DNA of 64,000 nt from an uncultured Alphaproteobacteria bacterium (GTDB taxonomy: Bacteria; Pseudomonadota; Alphaproteobacteria; RF32; CAG-239), in assembly GCA_944391315.1 (NCBI GenBank), contig CALXTD010000005.1, positions 2,523-66,522 of the forward strand, written 5' to 3'. This document shows positions 21,020-31,271 of the stretch, in pieces. Position 1 is the stretch's first letter, and every line of letters begins with the position of its first letter. The notes beneath the pieces were generated by a model. That model made no database searches. It saw nothing but the letters and a program-made list of their open reading frames with translations, and had not been told where the DNA came from. The translations under genes were made by a program, and so were the position numbers.

Positions 21020-22639
21020 ATGATAAACATTGTCAAAACCCAGCCTTATTCTGATCAAAAAATGGGCACCGGCGGCTTACGCAAAAAGACTAAAGTCATG
21101 ATGCAGCCCAACTATTTTGAAAACTTTATCCAAAGTGTGTTCAACGCCATCGGCGGGGTAAAAGGCAAGACCTATGTTGTCGGCGGTGACGGCAGATTTT
21201 TCAATGCCGAAGCAATCCAAAGATTCATTAAAATGGCAGCCGCTAACGGCGTAAAAAAATTAATCATCGGGCAAAACGGCTTCATGTCAACACCGGCCGG
21301 CTCCAATGTTATGCTGAAAAATCATACCGATGGTGGCTTCATCTTTTCGGCTTCGCATAACCCCGGAGGCGAAAACGGCGACTTTGGCGTAAAATATGCT
21401 AACGAAACAGCCGGACAAGTCCCTACCTCTGTCACAGATAGAATATTCGAAGAATCAAAAAAAATCAGCGAATATAAAATCTGCGATTCTAAAGACATTG
21501 ATTTAAGAAATTTAGGACTGCAAAAACTTGAAGACATGGACATTGAAGTAATAGATCCTGTTGCTGATTATGTTGAAATGATGCAAAGGATTTTTGACTT
21601 TGATGCTCTTAAACAACTGTTCAAAAGTGGCTTTACGATTCGCTTTGACGCAATGAACGCCGTTACCGGCCCCTATGCGATTCGTATTTTTGAAGAAATT
21701 TTAGGCGCAGCCAAAGGCTCGGTTATCCGCGCCACCCCGCTGCCGGATTTTGGAGGCCTTCACCCTGACCCGAACCTAATTTATGCCAAAGATTTGGTTG
21801 ACTTTATGTATTCGAATAAAGCCACCGATTTTGCCGCAGCCAATGATGGCGACGGCGACCGCAATATGATATTGGGACGCAAGTTTTTTGTAACACCGAG
21901 CGATAGTCTGGCGATTTTAACCGATAATTGCAAACTCATCCCTGCTTACAAAAACGGAATATACGGCGTTGCAAAATCAGCAGCCACTTCAACGGCTGTC
22001 TGCCGCGTTGCCGAAAAGAACAACATTCCTTATTATGTTGTTCCGACCGGTTGGAAATACTTTGTAAACCTGATGGATTCTAACAGAATTACACTTTGCG
22101 GAGAAGAAAGCTTCGGTACCGGCTCCTCCCACATCCGCGAAAAAGACGGCATTTGGGCGATTCTGTTTTGGTTAAGCATCATTGCCAAAACAGGCAAAAC
22201 CGTTGAAGAAATCACACGTGAAAACTGGAAAAAATACGGCCGCAGCTATTATATGCGTTTTGACTACGAAGGGCTCGATACCACAGTTGCCGACAAGTTA
22301 ATGGCCGACTTAGAAGCCAAACTTCCGTCACTCAAAGGCCAAAAATTCGGCAGTTACGAAGTCAAAGAAGCCGCTCCTTTTGTATACAATGATCCGGTTG
22401 ATGGCTCCGTCACCAAAAACGGTTTGGTAATTGATTTCACCAACCAGTCCAAAATCACTTACCGCTTATCAGGCACTGGCTCCAGTGGCGCAACCTTACG
22501 CGTTTATCTGGAACAACCGGAATACAACGACTTTGACCAAGACACATTCGAAACATTGCAACCTCTTCTGAAAATTGCGTCAGACGTTGCAGAAATTCAA
22601 CAAAGAACAGGTAAGACCAAAGCGGATGTTAATACCTAA
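21020..22639 (+). CDS. pgm: phosphoglucomutase, alpha-D-glucose phosphate-specific
   Basis: The SASHNPGG phosphoserine loop, the GDGDRN metal loop, and GEESFG. Confidence 0.93.
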   Translation: MINIVKTQPYSDQKMGTGGLRKKTKVMMQPNYFENFIQSVFNAIGGVKGKTYVVGGDGRFFNAEAIQRFIKMAAANGVKKLIIGQNGFMSTPAGSNVMLKNHTDGGFIFSASHNPGGENGDFGVKYANETAGQVPTSVTDRIFEESKKISEYKICDSKDIDLRNLGLQKLEDMDIEVIDPVADYVEMMQRIFDFDALKQLFKSGFTIRFDAMNAVTGPYAIRIFEEILGAAKGSVIRATPLPDFGGLHPDPNLIYAKDLVDFMYSNKATDFAAANDGDGDRNMILGRKFFVTPSDSLAILTDNCKLIPAYKNGIYGVAKSAATSTAVCRVAEKNNIPYYVVPTGWKYFVNLMDSNRITLCGEESFGTGSSHIREKDGIWAILFWLSIIAKTGKTVEEITRENWKKYGRSYYMRFDYEGLDTTVADKLMADLEAKLPSLKGQKFGSYEVKEAAPFVYNDPVDGSVTKNGLVIDFTNQSKITYRLSGTGSSGATLRVYLEQPEYNDFDQDTFETLQPLLKIASDVAEIQQRTGKTKADVNT

Positions 22640-23741
22640 AATACTATATGGCGTTTTACTTGGACTGTTCATTTCCGTACCGGCAAGTCAAGCACTTGCC
22701 GGACTATACGGTTTTACGGAAGGAACGCCACTCTCGCCTAACGAAAAAATCTTAAATATGCCCTATCCTCCGGCAAATATTCCAAATTATCGCAGCTTAA
22801 TGCGTGATAATATCGAAATGCTGATTGGCTATGCTCAGGCCAGAAAACCAGATTTTCAAATCATTCTTCACGAAGGCGCCGACATTTTATATAAAGGCTT
22901 GTGGGAATACCATTTAAGCGGTTATCAAAACGCCCGCGGAAATGGCGACGATAAATCCGACCCCAGCTTTCTAAGCGGTAAAGATTTAACACTGCCCAAA
23001 GAATATCAATTAGGCAGCCACTTGGACAACCCGTTTTTCAAAAAAATAAATGCCATAATTTTTAACGACTTATATTGCTCTCCGCGAAAATTAGATAAAG
23101 TCCTGTTAAAAACAAACATACGCCTCGGAGCAATCAGCCACTGCCCTTCCATAGAAGCTTATGACCAAGCCACCGCTCTTTCGGTAAAAGAAAATCTGTT
23201 ATTTTACGGATTTTTGAATTTATCAACTGCCTTTGGCTATATTGCCAACCAACCGATAATCAACGAAAATGCACGCAATATTTTCAGCGTAAAAGACGCA
23301 TCGAATATATCTTTCTTATTGGATAACAGCCGCTACAAAAACAGAGACGAACTTATCAGTGATGTGCGCAAATCAAACTATGATATTGTTGTTATTGACC
23401 CGATTTTTCATGACGGCAGCATTTTCACCCAAGAAGAAGTTGATTTAATGAAGTTCAAAAAAAGCGGTCCTAAACGCCTCATAATTGCCCGACAAAACAT
23501 TACCGAAGCCTTCACCAAAGACTACTATTGGCAAGATGACTGGAACAAACATCTTCCCTCTTGGATAAAAAGAGCTTCTTTAAGCAGTAAAAACGGCTAC
23601 ATCACCGAATACTGGCAAGAAGAATGGAAAAAGATTATATCACAATATTTCCGCGGTATTGTATTAAGCCGTTATGATGGTGTTTTCCTAACCGGCATAA
23701 ACAACCACCAATATTTTGAATCATTAACCCCACTGGAGTAA
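22626..23741 (+). CDS. secreted protein, possibly a GH114/TM1410-like TIM-barrel glycoside hydrolase
   Basis: I use the ATG at 22626, which gives the signal peptide MLIPKILYGVLLGLFISVPASQALA; the track start at 22575 is TTG inside pgm. DIVVIDPIF...ARQNITEA...YWQDDW...EYWQEEWKKII...YDGVFLTG resembles that family. The functional call is tentative. Confidence 0.55.
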   Translation: MLIPKILYGVLLGLFISVPASQALAGLYGFTEGTPLSPNEKILNMPYPPANIPNYRSLMRDNIEMLIGYAQARKPDFQIILHEGADILYKGLWEYHLSGYQNARGNGDDKSDPSFLSGKDLTLPKEYQLGSHLDNPFFKKINAIIFNDLYCSPRKLDKVLLKTNIRLGAISHCPSIEAYDQATALSVKENLLFYGFLNLSTAFGYIANQPIINENARNIFSVKDASNISFLLDNSRYKNRDELISDVRKSNYDIVVIDPIFHDGSIFTQEEVDLMKFKKSGPKRLIIARQNITEAFTKDYYWQDDWNKHLPSWIKRASLSSKNGYITEYWQEEWKKIISQYFRGIVLSRYDGVFLTGINNHQYFESLTPLE

Positions 23742-23745
23742 AAGC

Positions 23746-24012
23746 ATGAACGAAGTAGAAATATTAGACATCTCTCGTGAGGCCGTATTCACCTTGCTTA
23801 AGGTTGTAACACCTGTTCTTCTGGTTGCTTTGTTTGTGGGTTTAATTATCGGTATTTTTCAGGCCTTGACACAAATCCAAGAAATGACTTTGGCTTTTGT
23901 GCCTAAAATAATCTGTGTATTTTTAGCAATCATTATCCTCTTTCCGTTTATGGTAAACCAAATGAGAATGTTATCAGAAACCTTGTTTGATAAAATAACC
24001 AGTGGCGGTTAA
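23746..24012 (+). CDS. fliQ: flagellar export apparatus protein FliQ
   Basis: 88 aa with two TM segments, the typical FliQ length and sequence (ALTQIQEMTLAFVPKI), directly upstream of fliR. Confidence 0.9.
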   Translation: MNEVEILDISREAVFTLLKVVTPVLLVALFVGLIIGIFQALTQIQEMTLAFVPKIICVFLAIIILFPFMVNQMRMLSETLFDKITSGG

Positions 24013-24021
24013 AGAAAATAA

Positions 24022-24777
24022 ATGCAGCAGCTTTTACACATAGAAGTCTATAAATACCTGCTGATATTTCTGCGTATCGGCTCGGCTATTATGCTCATGC
24101 CGGGCTTTATGACGACCTATATCAACATGAGATATCGCCTAAGCATTGCCCTAGGGATAAGTGTTGTGCTGTATCCATTTTTAGCTGATATTCTGCCGCC
24201 GCCGCCAACAGATTACCTTGACCATGTCAAAATGTATATGCTTGAAATCACTTACGGTGTTTTCTTTGGATTAATGATGCAAGTCACTTTCACCGCATTG
24301 AGTCTGGCGGGCAATTTTGCCGGTACGGCAATCGGCTTTTCAAACGCCCAACTCTTTGACCCCAGCACACAAACCCAATCCATCGTACTCGAAAGCTTTT
24401 TCAGCATAACCGCACTTACAATCATATTTGTAACAGACTTGCACCACACAATGCTGTCTGCCGTTATATCCAGTTATGAATTATTTCCGGCCGGTTCATC
24501 GCTACCCGACAGAGACATGGCCAACTACATGGGCCAAGCGCTTGGAGAAAGCTTTGCCACGGGCTTCCGCTTAGCCTCACCATTTATTGCTTTCACGATA
24601 ATATTTTACTCCGGCATGGGACTAATATCACGATTAATGCCGCAACTAAACATTTTCTTTTTATCATTGCCCTTGCAATTATATTTAGGCATCGGCTTGT
24701 TGTTTATCACCCTTCCGGCCATAATATTCTGGTTTGTAGAATATTATGAGCGAAGCCTTATGGCCTTTCAAAATTAG
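24022..24777 (+). CDS. fliR: flagellar export apparatus protein FliR
   Basis: 251-aa polytopic membrane protein located between fliQ and flhB. Confidence 0.88.
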   Translation: MQQLLHIEVYKYLLIFLRIGSAIMLMPGFMTTYINMRYRLSIALGISVVLYPFLADILPPPPTDYLDHVKMYMLEITYGVFFGLMMQVTFTALSLAGNFAGTAIGFSNAQLFDPSTQTQSIVLESFFSITALTIIFVTDLHHTMLSAVISSYELFPAGSSLPDRDMANYMGQALGESFATGFRLASPFIAFTIIFYSGMGLISRLMPQLNIFFLSLPLQLYLGIGLLFITLPAIIFWFVEYYERSLMAFQN

Positions 24778-24786
24778 GAGCGCTTC

Positions 24787-25863
24787 ATGGTAGCCGAAGA
24801 CGAAGATGAAGCCTCCAAAACGGAAGAACCGTCGGAACGAAAAATCAGCAAAGCCAAAGAAGAAGGCGACATTGCGATTTCGCAAGACGCCAAAAGCTTT
24901 ATCATGCTAACCGGTATGCTGTTTGTTGTATGGCTAATAATCCCGCTCATGGGCAAAATGTTCTATGATTACTTTGGCAAATTCATCTTGGTACCGGAAA
25001 CCATTCCTACCGATTCGCGCCATTTAAGACTGCTTTTTTTCAACTGTTTTGTAGATTTAATAAAGATATTGGGAATTCCTCTGGCAATTTTTATGATTTT
25101 AGGCATAGCCGCCAGCTTGATGCAAACCGGTTTCATTTACGCCCCAAAAAAATTAATGCCTGATTGGAATAGACTAAACATTTTTGCAGCTTTGACTAAA
25201 TTCATTAATATGAAAAAAATTGTTGAAAGCTTAAAAGGCATTATCAAAATAGCCGTCATAAGCTGGATTGCTATTGTTGTCTTAACGCCTTATTTGAGCA
25301 AAAGCGAACTCATGCCTGATATGGCAACACAACATATCTTAAAATTAATTCACCATATTGTAATATTACTGATATTCACAGTCGTCATTGCCGTATTGGT
25401 TATCGCAGTTGCCGACTATGCCTACCAAAAATACACTCATTTGAAAAAACTGCGCATGACCAAACAAGAGGTCAAAGAAGAATACAAACAAACCGAAGGT
25501 GATCCTTTGGTAAAATCGCGTATCAGACAAATACGCAATGAAAGAGCCCGCCGCCGCATGATGGACAATGTTCCCAAAGCAGATGTTGTCATCGTCAACC
25601 CGACGCATTATGCCGTTGCTCTTGAATATAAAATGGAAAAAATGGATGCCCCTGTTGTTGTTGCCAAAGGTCTTGACAACATCGCCTTAAGAATTCGTGA
25701 GATTGCAGAAGAACACGATATTCCGATTGTCGAAAATCCACCTTTAGCAAGAGCACTTTTCGCATCTGTTGAATTAGATCACACCATACCGGAAGAACAT
25801 TTTAAAGCCGTAGCCGAGGTAATAGGATATGTTATGCAGCTTAAAAACCAAACGACCCGATAA
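24787..25863 (+). CDS. flhB: flagellar export switch protein FlhB
   Basis: SKTEEPSERKISKAKEEGDIAISQD at the N-terminus, and the NPTH autocleavage site (VIVNPTHYAVAL). Confidence 0.92.
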   Translation: MVAEDEDEASKTEEPSERKISKAKEEGDIAISQDAKSFIMLTGMLFVVWLIIPLMGKMFYDYFGKFILVPETIPTDSRHLRLLFFNCFVDLIKILGIPLAIFMILGIAASLMQTGFIYAPKKLMPDWNRLNIFAALTKFINMKKIVESLKGIIKIAVISWIAIVVLTPYLSKSELMPDMATQHILKLIHHIVILLIFTVVIAVLVIAVADYAYQKYTHLKKLRMTKQEVKEEYKQTEGDPLVKSRIRQIRNERARRRMMDNVPKADVVIVNPTHYAVALEYKMEKMDAPVVVAKGLDNIALRIREIAEEHDIPIVENPPLARALFASVELDHTIPEEHFKAVAEVIGYVMQLKNQTTR

Positions 25864-28483
25864 ATATCTTGAAAAGCGCCTGCTTTTCTTGTCATACGCT
25901 CTTGTCGGACTAATGACCACCGTGATAATGTTCATGCTTTATCCGCAATACTCGGTATATTTATTGCTGTTAACATTGTTCATCAGCTCTTTTTGCCTAT
26001 GGTCAACCATAAAAACCTTACAAGCCGGAGAAGAAGCCATCAGCTACGGCGGCTTTGCCAATGAGCTGTTAAAAGAAGAACATCAAGGCGAAAGAATTGA
26101 CAATTCTTCCGGAGAGGCCGTTTTAGAAAACGATTACGCCCGAGACTTTTTTAAGGGAGAAACAGTGCTAAGCACACTGCGCCGCCGCATGAGTGAAAAC
26201 CGCCAAAACAAAACGGCTTGCGAATTGCTTGAAAGAGCCCTTGAAAATTTAAGCAAAGAAAAAGTAAACATCGCACTTTACAGAAACGAAGACAACACCA
26301 GAGGCTATGTTCCGGAAGAATGGTACGAAATCACCCTCCGCCCGATGTATCTGAAAAAAACAGATATATTCTCCGGCGCTTATTCCATAAAAAAAATAAA
26401 AAAAGATACCTACTTTTATTGGACAATAAAAGACGTCACGGCACAAAAAAACATGGAGCAAATCTTTCAAAGTGAAAGCCGTGGCCTGCACGATTTTCTA
26501 GACTACTTGCCAGCCGGATTATATATATGCAATAAAGACTATAAAATAGAATACGTCAATCATGCCTTGGCTAAACTTCTGCAAAGCAGCCGCGAAGACT
26601 TGACCGGAAAAAATCTGAAAGACTATTTAGCCACCAACTCCCCTCTTCCGCCGTCCCACACGGCTTCTTGGCAAGGCAACCTCTACCTTCTGAGCGGAAA
26701 CGAGGTAAAAGAATGCTATGCCGCCCAAGAAAACTTCCGCGAAAACTCTGAAATAAAGACCAGAGGTGTCATTATAAACGGCCTCATCAGCAGCAAAGAA
26801 TTGAGCGAACAACATAAAGAAGACGTTGACCGCATCAGCTGGTTGTTTGACTTTGCACCGATAAGTATCATTCACTGCAATAAAGAAGGAACAATAATAG
26901 AGCTCAATGATGCTTCATCAAAATTTTTAGGACAAGACAGCGCAAAACTTAATGGCAAAAACATTTTAGAGATTATAAAAGACGAAGAAAAAGAAAGCCT
27001 GAGAGAAGAACTGAGCAAACTCCAGAGCAAAGAAAAATCATCTTCCTGCATTGATGTTCACCTAAACATCACTCGCGACGAAAAAGTTGCCACTTTTTAC
27101 ATTTCTCCGATTCGCGGACTTCATGAAGGACCTGAAGCAGAACCTTGCGGATTCAGCATATACTTTTTAGACGCAACCTCCAGAAAAAATCTTGAGCTCC
27201 AATATGCTCAAGCCCAAAAGATGCAAGCTTTGGGACAAATGGCCGGCGGCGTTGCCCATGACTTTAACAACCTCTTGACCGCAATGATAGGATTTTGCGA
27301 CTTGCTCATGCAGCGTCATGGCGTCGGAGACCCATCATTCAGCGATATTATACAAATCAAAAACAACGCCAACCGCGCAGCCGGATTAGTCCGACAGCTT
27401 TTGGCTTTTTCGCGCAAACAACCCTTAAAACCAAAACTGATTGACGTAACCGAAAACTTTGTTGAACTAAATCACATGCTCAAGCGAGTTATTGGAGAAC
27501 AAGTCACTCTGAAATTTTATCATGGAAGCGACTTAGGCTATATAAGAGTTGACCCCGTACAGTTTTCTCAAGTTATAATAAATTTAGCGGTTAATGCCAA
27601 AGATGCAATGAACAACCGCGGCACTTTGACCATCTCCACCCATACGGAAACCTTGTTGGAGCCCTACCAATTCGGAGCAGACACAATCGCTCCCGGAGAC
27701 TTTGTCGTTATTGAGGTTAAAGACACCGGCTGCGGTATTCCGATAGAAAATCTGAGCCGTATTTTTGAACCATTTTTCTCAACCAAACAAAATGTTGTTG
27801 GCTCCGGAACCGGACTGGGTCTGGCAATGGTTTATGGTATTGTACGCCAAACCGAAGGCTTTATAAAAGTTCAAAGCATCATCGGCAAGGGAACAACTTT
27901 TTCAATATATCTTCCTCGCTTTGAAAATAATGAAGAAGAAACCAAGAACATTCAGAACGAAACCAAAGAGATCATAAAAGCCAGCAACGGCTCTCCGATT
28001 CTTACTGTTCAAGAAAAAATTGTCCCAACACAAGGCTCAAATGCAAAATTGATTTTCGGGCTAAATGTTTCCGCAATTGACCGCAATCACGAAAACAGCC
28101 TTTCCGAAAACGAAAATATCAGAATACTTTTTGTTGAAGACGAAGATTCTGTTCGTACTTTTGCCGTCCGAGCACTAAAGAAAAAAGGCTATGAAGTAAT
28201 CGGCTGCAATTCGGCAGAAAACGCACTTGACTTTATCAAAGATGACAAAGATTTTCAAATGATGATAACAGATATGGTTATGCCGGGAATGAACGGCGCC
28301 GAGCTTGCCAAAACAGTCAAAGAGCAGATTCCCAACATAAAAATAATCTTAGCTTCCGGCTATTCAGAAGAAATCGCCCGCAGAGAACTTGCTGGCTCAG
28401 ACGAATTTGCCTTTATCGCCAAACCATTCAGCTTAGGAGACTTGACTAAAAAAGTATTTGATGTCTTAAATAGTAAAGACTAA
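25829..28483 (+). CDS. cckA: hybrid sensor histidine kinase / response regulator, CckA-like
   Basis: N-terminal TM segments and PAS-like regions. H-box [16 protein letters not shown]-box [11 protein letters not shown]-boxes DTGCGI and [11 protein letters not shown], and a receiver with DMVMPGMNG. Orthology to CckA is inferred from the family look and the alphaproteobacterial context only. Confidence 0.75.
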   Translation: MLCSLKTKRPDKYLEKRLLFLSYALVGLMTTVIMFMLYPQYSVYLLLLTLFISSFCLWSTIKTLQAGEEAISYGGFANELLKEEHQGERIDNSSGEAVLENDYARDFFKGETVLSTLRRRMSENRQNKTACELLERALENLSKEKVNIALYRNEDNTRGYVPEEWYEITLRPMYLKKTDIFSGAYSIKKIKKDTYFYWTIKDVTAQKNMEQIFQSESRGLHDFLDYLPAGLYICNKDYKIEYVNHALAKLLQSSREDLTGKNLKDYLATNSPLPPSHTASWQGNLYLLSGNEVKECYAAQENFRENSEIKTRGVIINGLISSKELSEQHKEDVDRISWLFDFAPISIIHCNKEGTIIELNDASSKFLGQDSAKLNGKNILEIIKDEEKESLREELSKLQSKEKSSSCIDVHLNITRDEKVATFYISPIRGLHEGPEAEPCGFSIYFLDATSRKNLELQYAQAQKMQALGQMAGGVAHDFNNLLTAMIGFCDLLMQRHGVGDPSFSDIIQIKNNANRAAGLVRQLLAFSRKQPLKPKLIDVTENFVELNHMLKRVIGEQVTLKFYHGSDLGYIRVDPVQFSQVIINLAVNAKDAMNNRGTLTISTHTETLLEPYQFGADTIAPGDFVVIEVKDTGCGIPIENLSRIFEPFFSTKQNVVGSGTGLGLAMVYGIVRQTEGFIKVQSIIGKGTTFSIYLPRFENNEEETKNIQNETKEIIKASNGSPILTVQEKIVPTQGSNAKLIFGLNVSAIDRNHENSLSENENIRILFVEDEDSVRTFAVRALKKKGYEVIGCNSAENALDFIKDDKDFQMMITDMVMPGMNGAELAKTVKEQIPNIKIILASGYSEEIARRELAGSDEFAFIAKPFSLGDLTKKVFDVLNSKD

Positions 28484-28507
28484 AACCCAAACAGGACATC
28501 AAACCAC

Positions 28508-29224
28508 ATGAGCACAACACAGCTTCCGTTGGAATTCTACCATCGCCCATATATGAGCAAAGACGACTTTATGCCGGCCGCCTGCAATTTTGAAGCATAC
28601 CGGCTTATCGATTCGTGGCCGGTCTGGACCTACTTTGCTGCTTGCATATACGGCCCCGAAGGCTGTGGCAAAACCCATTTGGCCAATATATTTTCAGAAA
28701 AAGTATCTATTATTGAACATTATCCATATAAGATTCCATACATCAAAGCCCAAGAATTAACCCTAGAGATGCCGCGCAAACTTCTGAGTAAACACTTCTG
28801 CCTGATAGTCGAGGACCTAAACAACAACATCAATCAAGAAGCACTGTTTAACCTATATAACATATATCGTGATGAAGGCGGCTGTATTTTATTCACCAGC
28901 AACGAGGCCCCTGCCAGAATAAACTTCAGCTTACCGGACCTACGTTCGCGAATGAATATTGTTCCGAGCATTGAAATTAAAGAACCGGACGATGACTTGC
29001 TCTCTGCTCTGCTGATAAAATTATTCATGGACAGACAGATAACAATTACTCCAGATTTAATAAAATATATCCTTGCCAACATGCAACGATCCTTCTCCTA
29101 CGCGCGAAAATTAGTAGCCGAAACAGATCGTGTCTCACTGGCAAACAAACGTGCAGTTAGCCTTCAGATTATAAAGGAAGCAATGAGCAATCTTGCGGAC
29201 AAACGCCAAGGCGAACTTTTCTGA
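28508..29224 (+). CDS. hdaA: DnaA-related regulatory inactivator HdaA
   Basis: QLPLEF...DFMPAACNFEAYRLIDSWPVW...IYGPEGCGKTHLANIF matches the Hda/HdaA pattern. Confidence 0.8.
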   Translation: MSTTQLPLEFYHRPYMSKDDFMPAACNFEAYRLIDSWPVWTYFAACIYGPEGCGKTHLANIFSEKVSIIEHYPYKIPYIKAQELTLEMPRKLLSKHFCLIVEDLNNNINQEALFNLYNIYRDEGGCILFTSNEAPARINFSLPDLRSRMNIVPSIEIKEPDDDLLSALLIKLFMDRQITITPDLIKYILANMQRSFSYARKLVAETDRVSLANKRAVSLQIIKEAMSNLADKRQGELF

Positions 29225-29282
29225 TAAATAAAAATTTTTTTGAAGTTAAGAAAAAAATTAACTTGATTTTTAATATTTTTAC

Positions 29283-29310
29283 TATATACATACGAGCGTG
29301 AATGTATATA
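29283..29310. promoter_or_regulatory. candidate TetR operator (perfect 9-bp inverted repeat)
   Basis: tatatacat-(10 nt)-atgtatata ends 14 nt upstream of the tetR ATG at 29324. Confidence 0.4.
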
Positions 29311-29323
29311 TAGGGAATTTGAA

Positions 29324-29947
29324 ATGGCACGCAGAACGAAAGAAGAAGCAGAGCAAACCCGCAAAGACATTGCACTGGCAGCTCTCGAAGTTTTTTGTGA
29401 AAAAGGCTATTCCAAAACAACTTTTGATGAAATAGCTAAAAGAATAAATCTAACCAAAGGCGCCGTCTACTGGCATTTTCGCAACAAAGCTGATATTTTA
29501 ACAGCCATAATCAGAAAAGCCTTTGAAATTACAAGAAAAGAAATAGAACAGCGAATACCCAATAAAGTTGATTCGATTCGCGTCATCCAACAATATCTAA
29601 AAGAAGAAATTGCACTGATAAAAAAAAGCAAAATTTTTCACCAATTTTTATTTTTTGTGATATACCAAATGGAGTGGTCTGAAGCGATTCTCAATAAAGT
29701 AAGCTCCGAAATAAAAGACATAGAAAATTTCAACGGAGACTTTATAAAACAAGCACTGATAAACGCAAAAGAAAGCGGAGAAATCAGCGCCGATATTGAT
29801 ATAGAAGAAACCAGAATTATGATAACCTGTCTATGGCAGGGAATAATCAAACAAGCCGTCGACCCTAAAGCCGATAGCTCACGAATTGAAAAATTAATTG
29901 ACACCAGCTTTGATATCTTAATCAAAGGCATGCAAGAAGGAAGGTAA
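29324..29947 (+). CDS. TetR/AcrR-family transcriptional regulator
   Basis: TRKDIALAALEVFCEKGYSKTTFDEIAKRINLTKGAVYWHFRNK is the TetR HTH signature. Confidence 0.88.
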   Translation: MARRTKEEAEQTRKDIALAALEVFCEKGYSKTTFDEIAKRINLTKGAVYWHFRNKADILTAIIRKAFEITRKEIEQRIPNKVDSIRVIQQYLKEEIALIKKSKIFHQFLFFVIYQMEWSEAILNKVSSEIKDIENFNGDFIKQALINAKESGEISADIDIEETRIMITCLWQGIIKQAVDPKADSSRIEKLIDTSFDILIKGMQEGR

Positions 29948-29951
29948 GACG

Positions 29952-31265
29952 ATGAAAGTAGGAAAAGTAAGCAACAGAAGAATCTTAAAACAAACAGCAG
30001 TTCTGCTGCTGTGTGTCGGTGCAGGCTGGTACCTCAAAGGAAAAATGACACCCTCCATGGGTGGCATGGCCGGCATGAACCGTGAAGCTTTTGTTTTAAT
30101 CCAAGGACTAGAAGAAGCAGACATCAGTGCAAAACAAAGCTACATCGGACACGTAGAAGCCATTAAAAGCGTTAATGTTATTCCGCAAGTCAGCGGCTAT
30201 GTTGAAAAAGTTTTGTTCCAAGAAGGTAGCTACGTTGAAGAAGGCGACATTCTGTTCATAATTGAACAAAAGAAATATCAAGCTACCGTAGAGCTCAGAA
30301 AAGCAGAACTTGAAAGCGCAAAAGCAAATTTAGTCCGTGCAGAAAGAGACTTCAAACGTCAGGCCCAACTTTCTAAGCAAAACTACGCATCAAAAGCAAC
30401 CTTTGATACGGCAGAAAGCAATTATTTACAAGCAAAAGCTGCCGTCGCACAAGCTGAAGCAAACTTGGATCTGGCCGAAATCGACTTAGGCTACACCGTT
30501 ATTAAAGCCCCGATTAGCGGCTATATAGGAAAAGCCTTGGTTACAGAAGGAAACTACGTCAGCTCCTCTGCCCAAAACTTAGCCCGCATAGTTCAAACCA
30601 ATCCGATTCGTGTTGCTTTCTCGGTATCTGATAAAGAATATCTGACCAGCAAACTTCTCAGACAACAAAACGGTGAAGGAAGCATCCGCAGCGAGATTAT
30701 TCTGCCAAATGGTCAAACAATCGAAAATCACTTCAAATCACGCTTTACGGATAATGAAATCAACACAGATACAGCAACAATCGCTGTCTATGCTGAATAC
30801 AAAAATGACGAAGGATTATTAATCCCCGGAAACTACGTTGACGTAAAAATCGGACCTAAAGAAATGCAAAGAAGCCTGTTGGTTCCACAATCAGCAGTGG
30901 CTCAAGACGAACACGGAAACTATGTTATGGTTGTCAAAGATGGCATAGCCGAAGAACGTCGCGTTACTTTGGGCGAAACAATTGGCACCAAACAGGTTGT
31001 TAAAAGCGGCTTAACCAAAGATGACAAAGTTATCATCCAAGGCTTACAAAAAGCCAGCAACGGAGCTAAGGTTAACGCTCAACTGATTGTCGAAGAAAAA
31101 CTTCCGACTATCAGCAGCGATGATGAACCCACCAAAGTTGAAGAAAATCATCCGGTAGCAAGAACACTCCAAGCCCAAGAAGTTGATGTTGATTCTCCTA
31201 TCATAAATAACACCGTTGGCTTTGAACAAAAAGCACAAGAAGAACAATCGGAAGTGGAGGAATAA
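29952..31265 (+). CDS. RND efflux periplasmic adaptor (membrane fusion protein)
   Basis: A coiled-coil hairpin (ELESAKANLVRAERDF...QAEANLDLAEIDLGYTVIKAPISGYIG) typical of the HlyD/AcrA family. Confidence 0.9.
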   Translation: MKVGKVSNRRILKQTAVLLLCVGAGWYLKGKMTPSMGGMAGMNREAFVLIQGLEEADISAKQSYIGHVEAIKSVNVIPQVSGYVEKVLFQEGSYVEEGDILFIIEQKKYQATVELRKAELESAKANLVRAERDFKRQAQLSKQNYASKATFDTAESNYLQAKAAVAQAEANLDLAEIDLGYTVIKAPISGYIGKALVTEGNYVSSSAQNLARIVQTNPIRVAFSVSDKEYLTSKLLRQQNGEGSIRSEIILPNGQTIENHFKSRFTDNEINTDTATIAVYAEYKNDEGLLIPGNYVDVKIGPKEMQRSLLVPQSAVAQDEHGNYVMVVKDGIAEERRVTLGETIGTKQVVKSGLTKDDKVIIQGLQKASNGAKVNAQLIVEEKLPTISSDDEPTKVEENHPVARTLQAQEVDVDSPIINNTVGFEQKAQEEQSEVEE

Positions 31266-31271
31266 GAGTAA

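Noticed and set aside
22575-22625. Long upstream extensions given by the ORF track for several genes (22575, 43432, 45673, 45668, 53241, 54818, 55629, 63300, 7678)
   Set aside because: These starts are TTG (or similar non-ATG) codons inside neighbouring genes or without an RBS. Internal ATG or GTG starts with Shine-Dalgarno sequences and proper signal peptides or N-termini fit better.
29243-29263. Inverted repeat aagttaa-N7-ttaactt after hdaA as a terminator
   Set aside because: The 7-bp stem consists almost entirely of A:T pairs and has no convincing T-run, so it is too weak to call.
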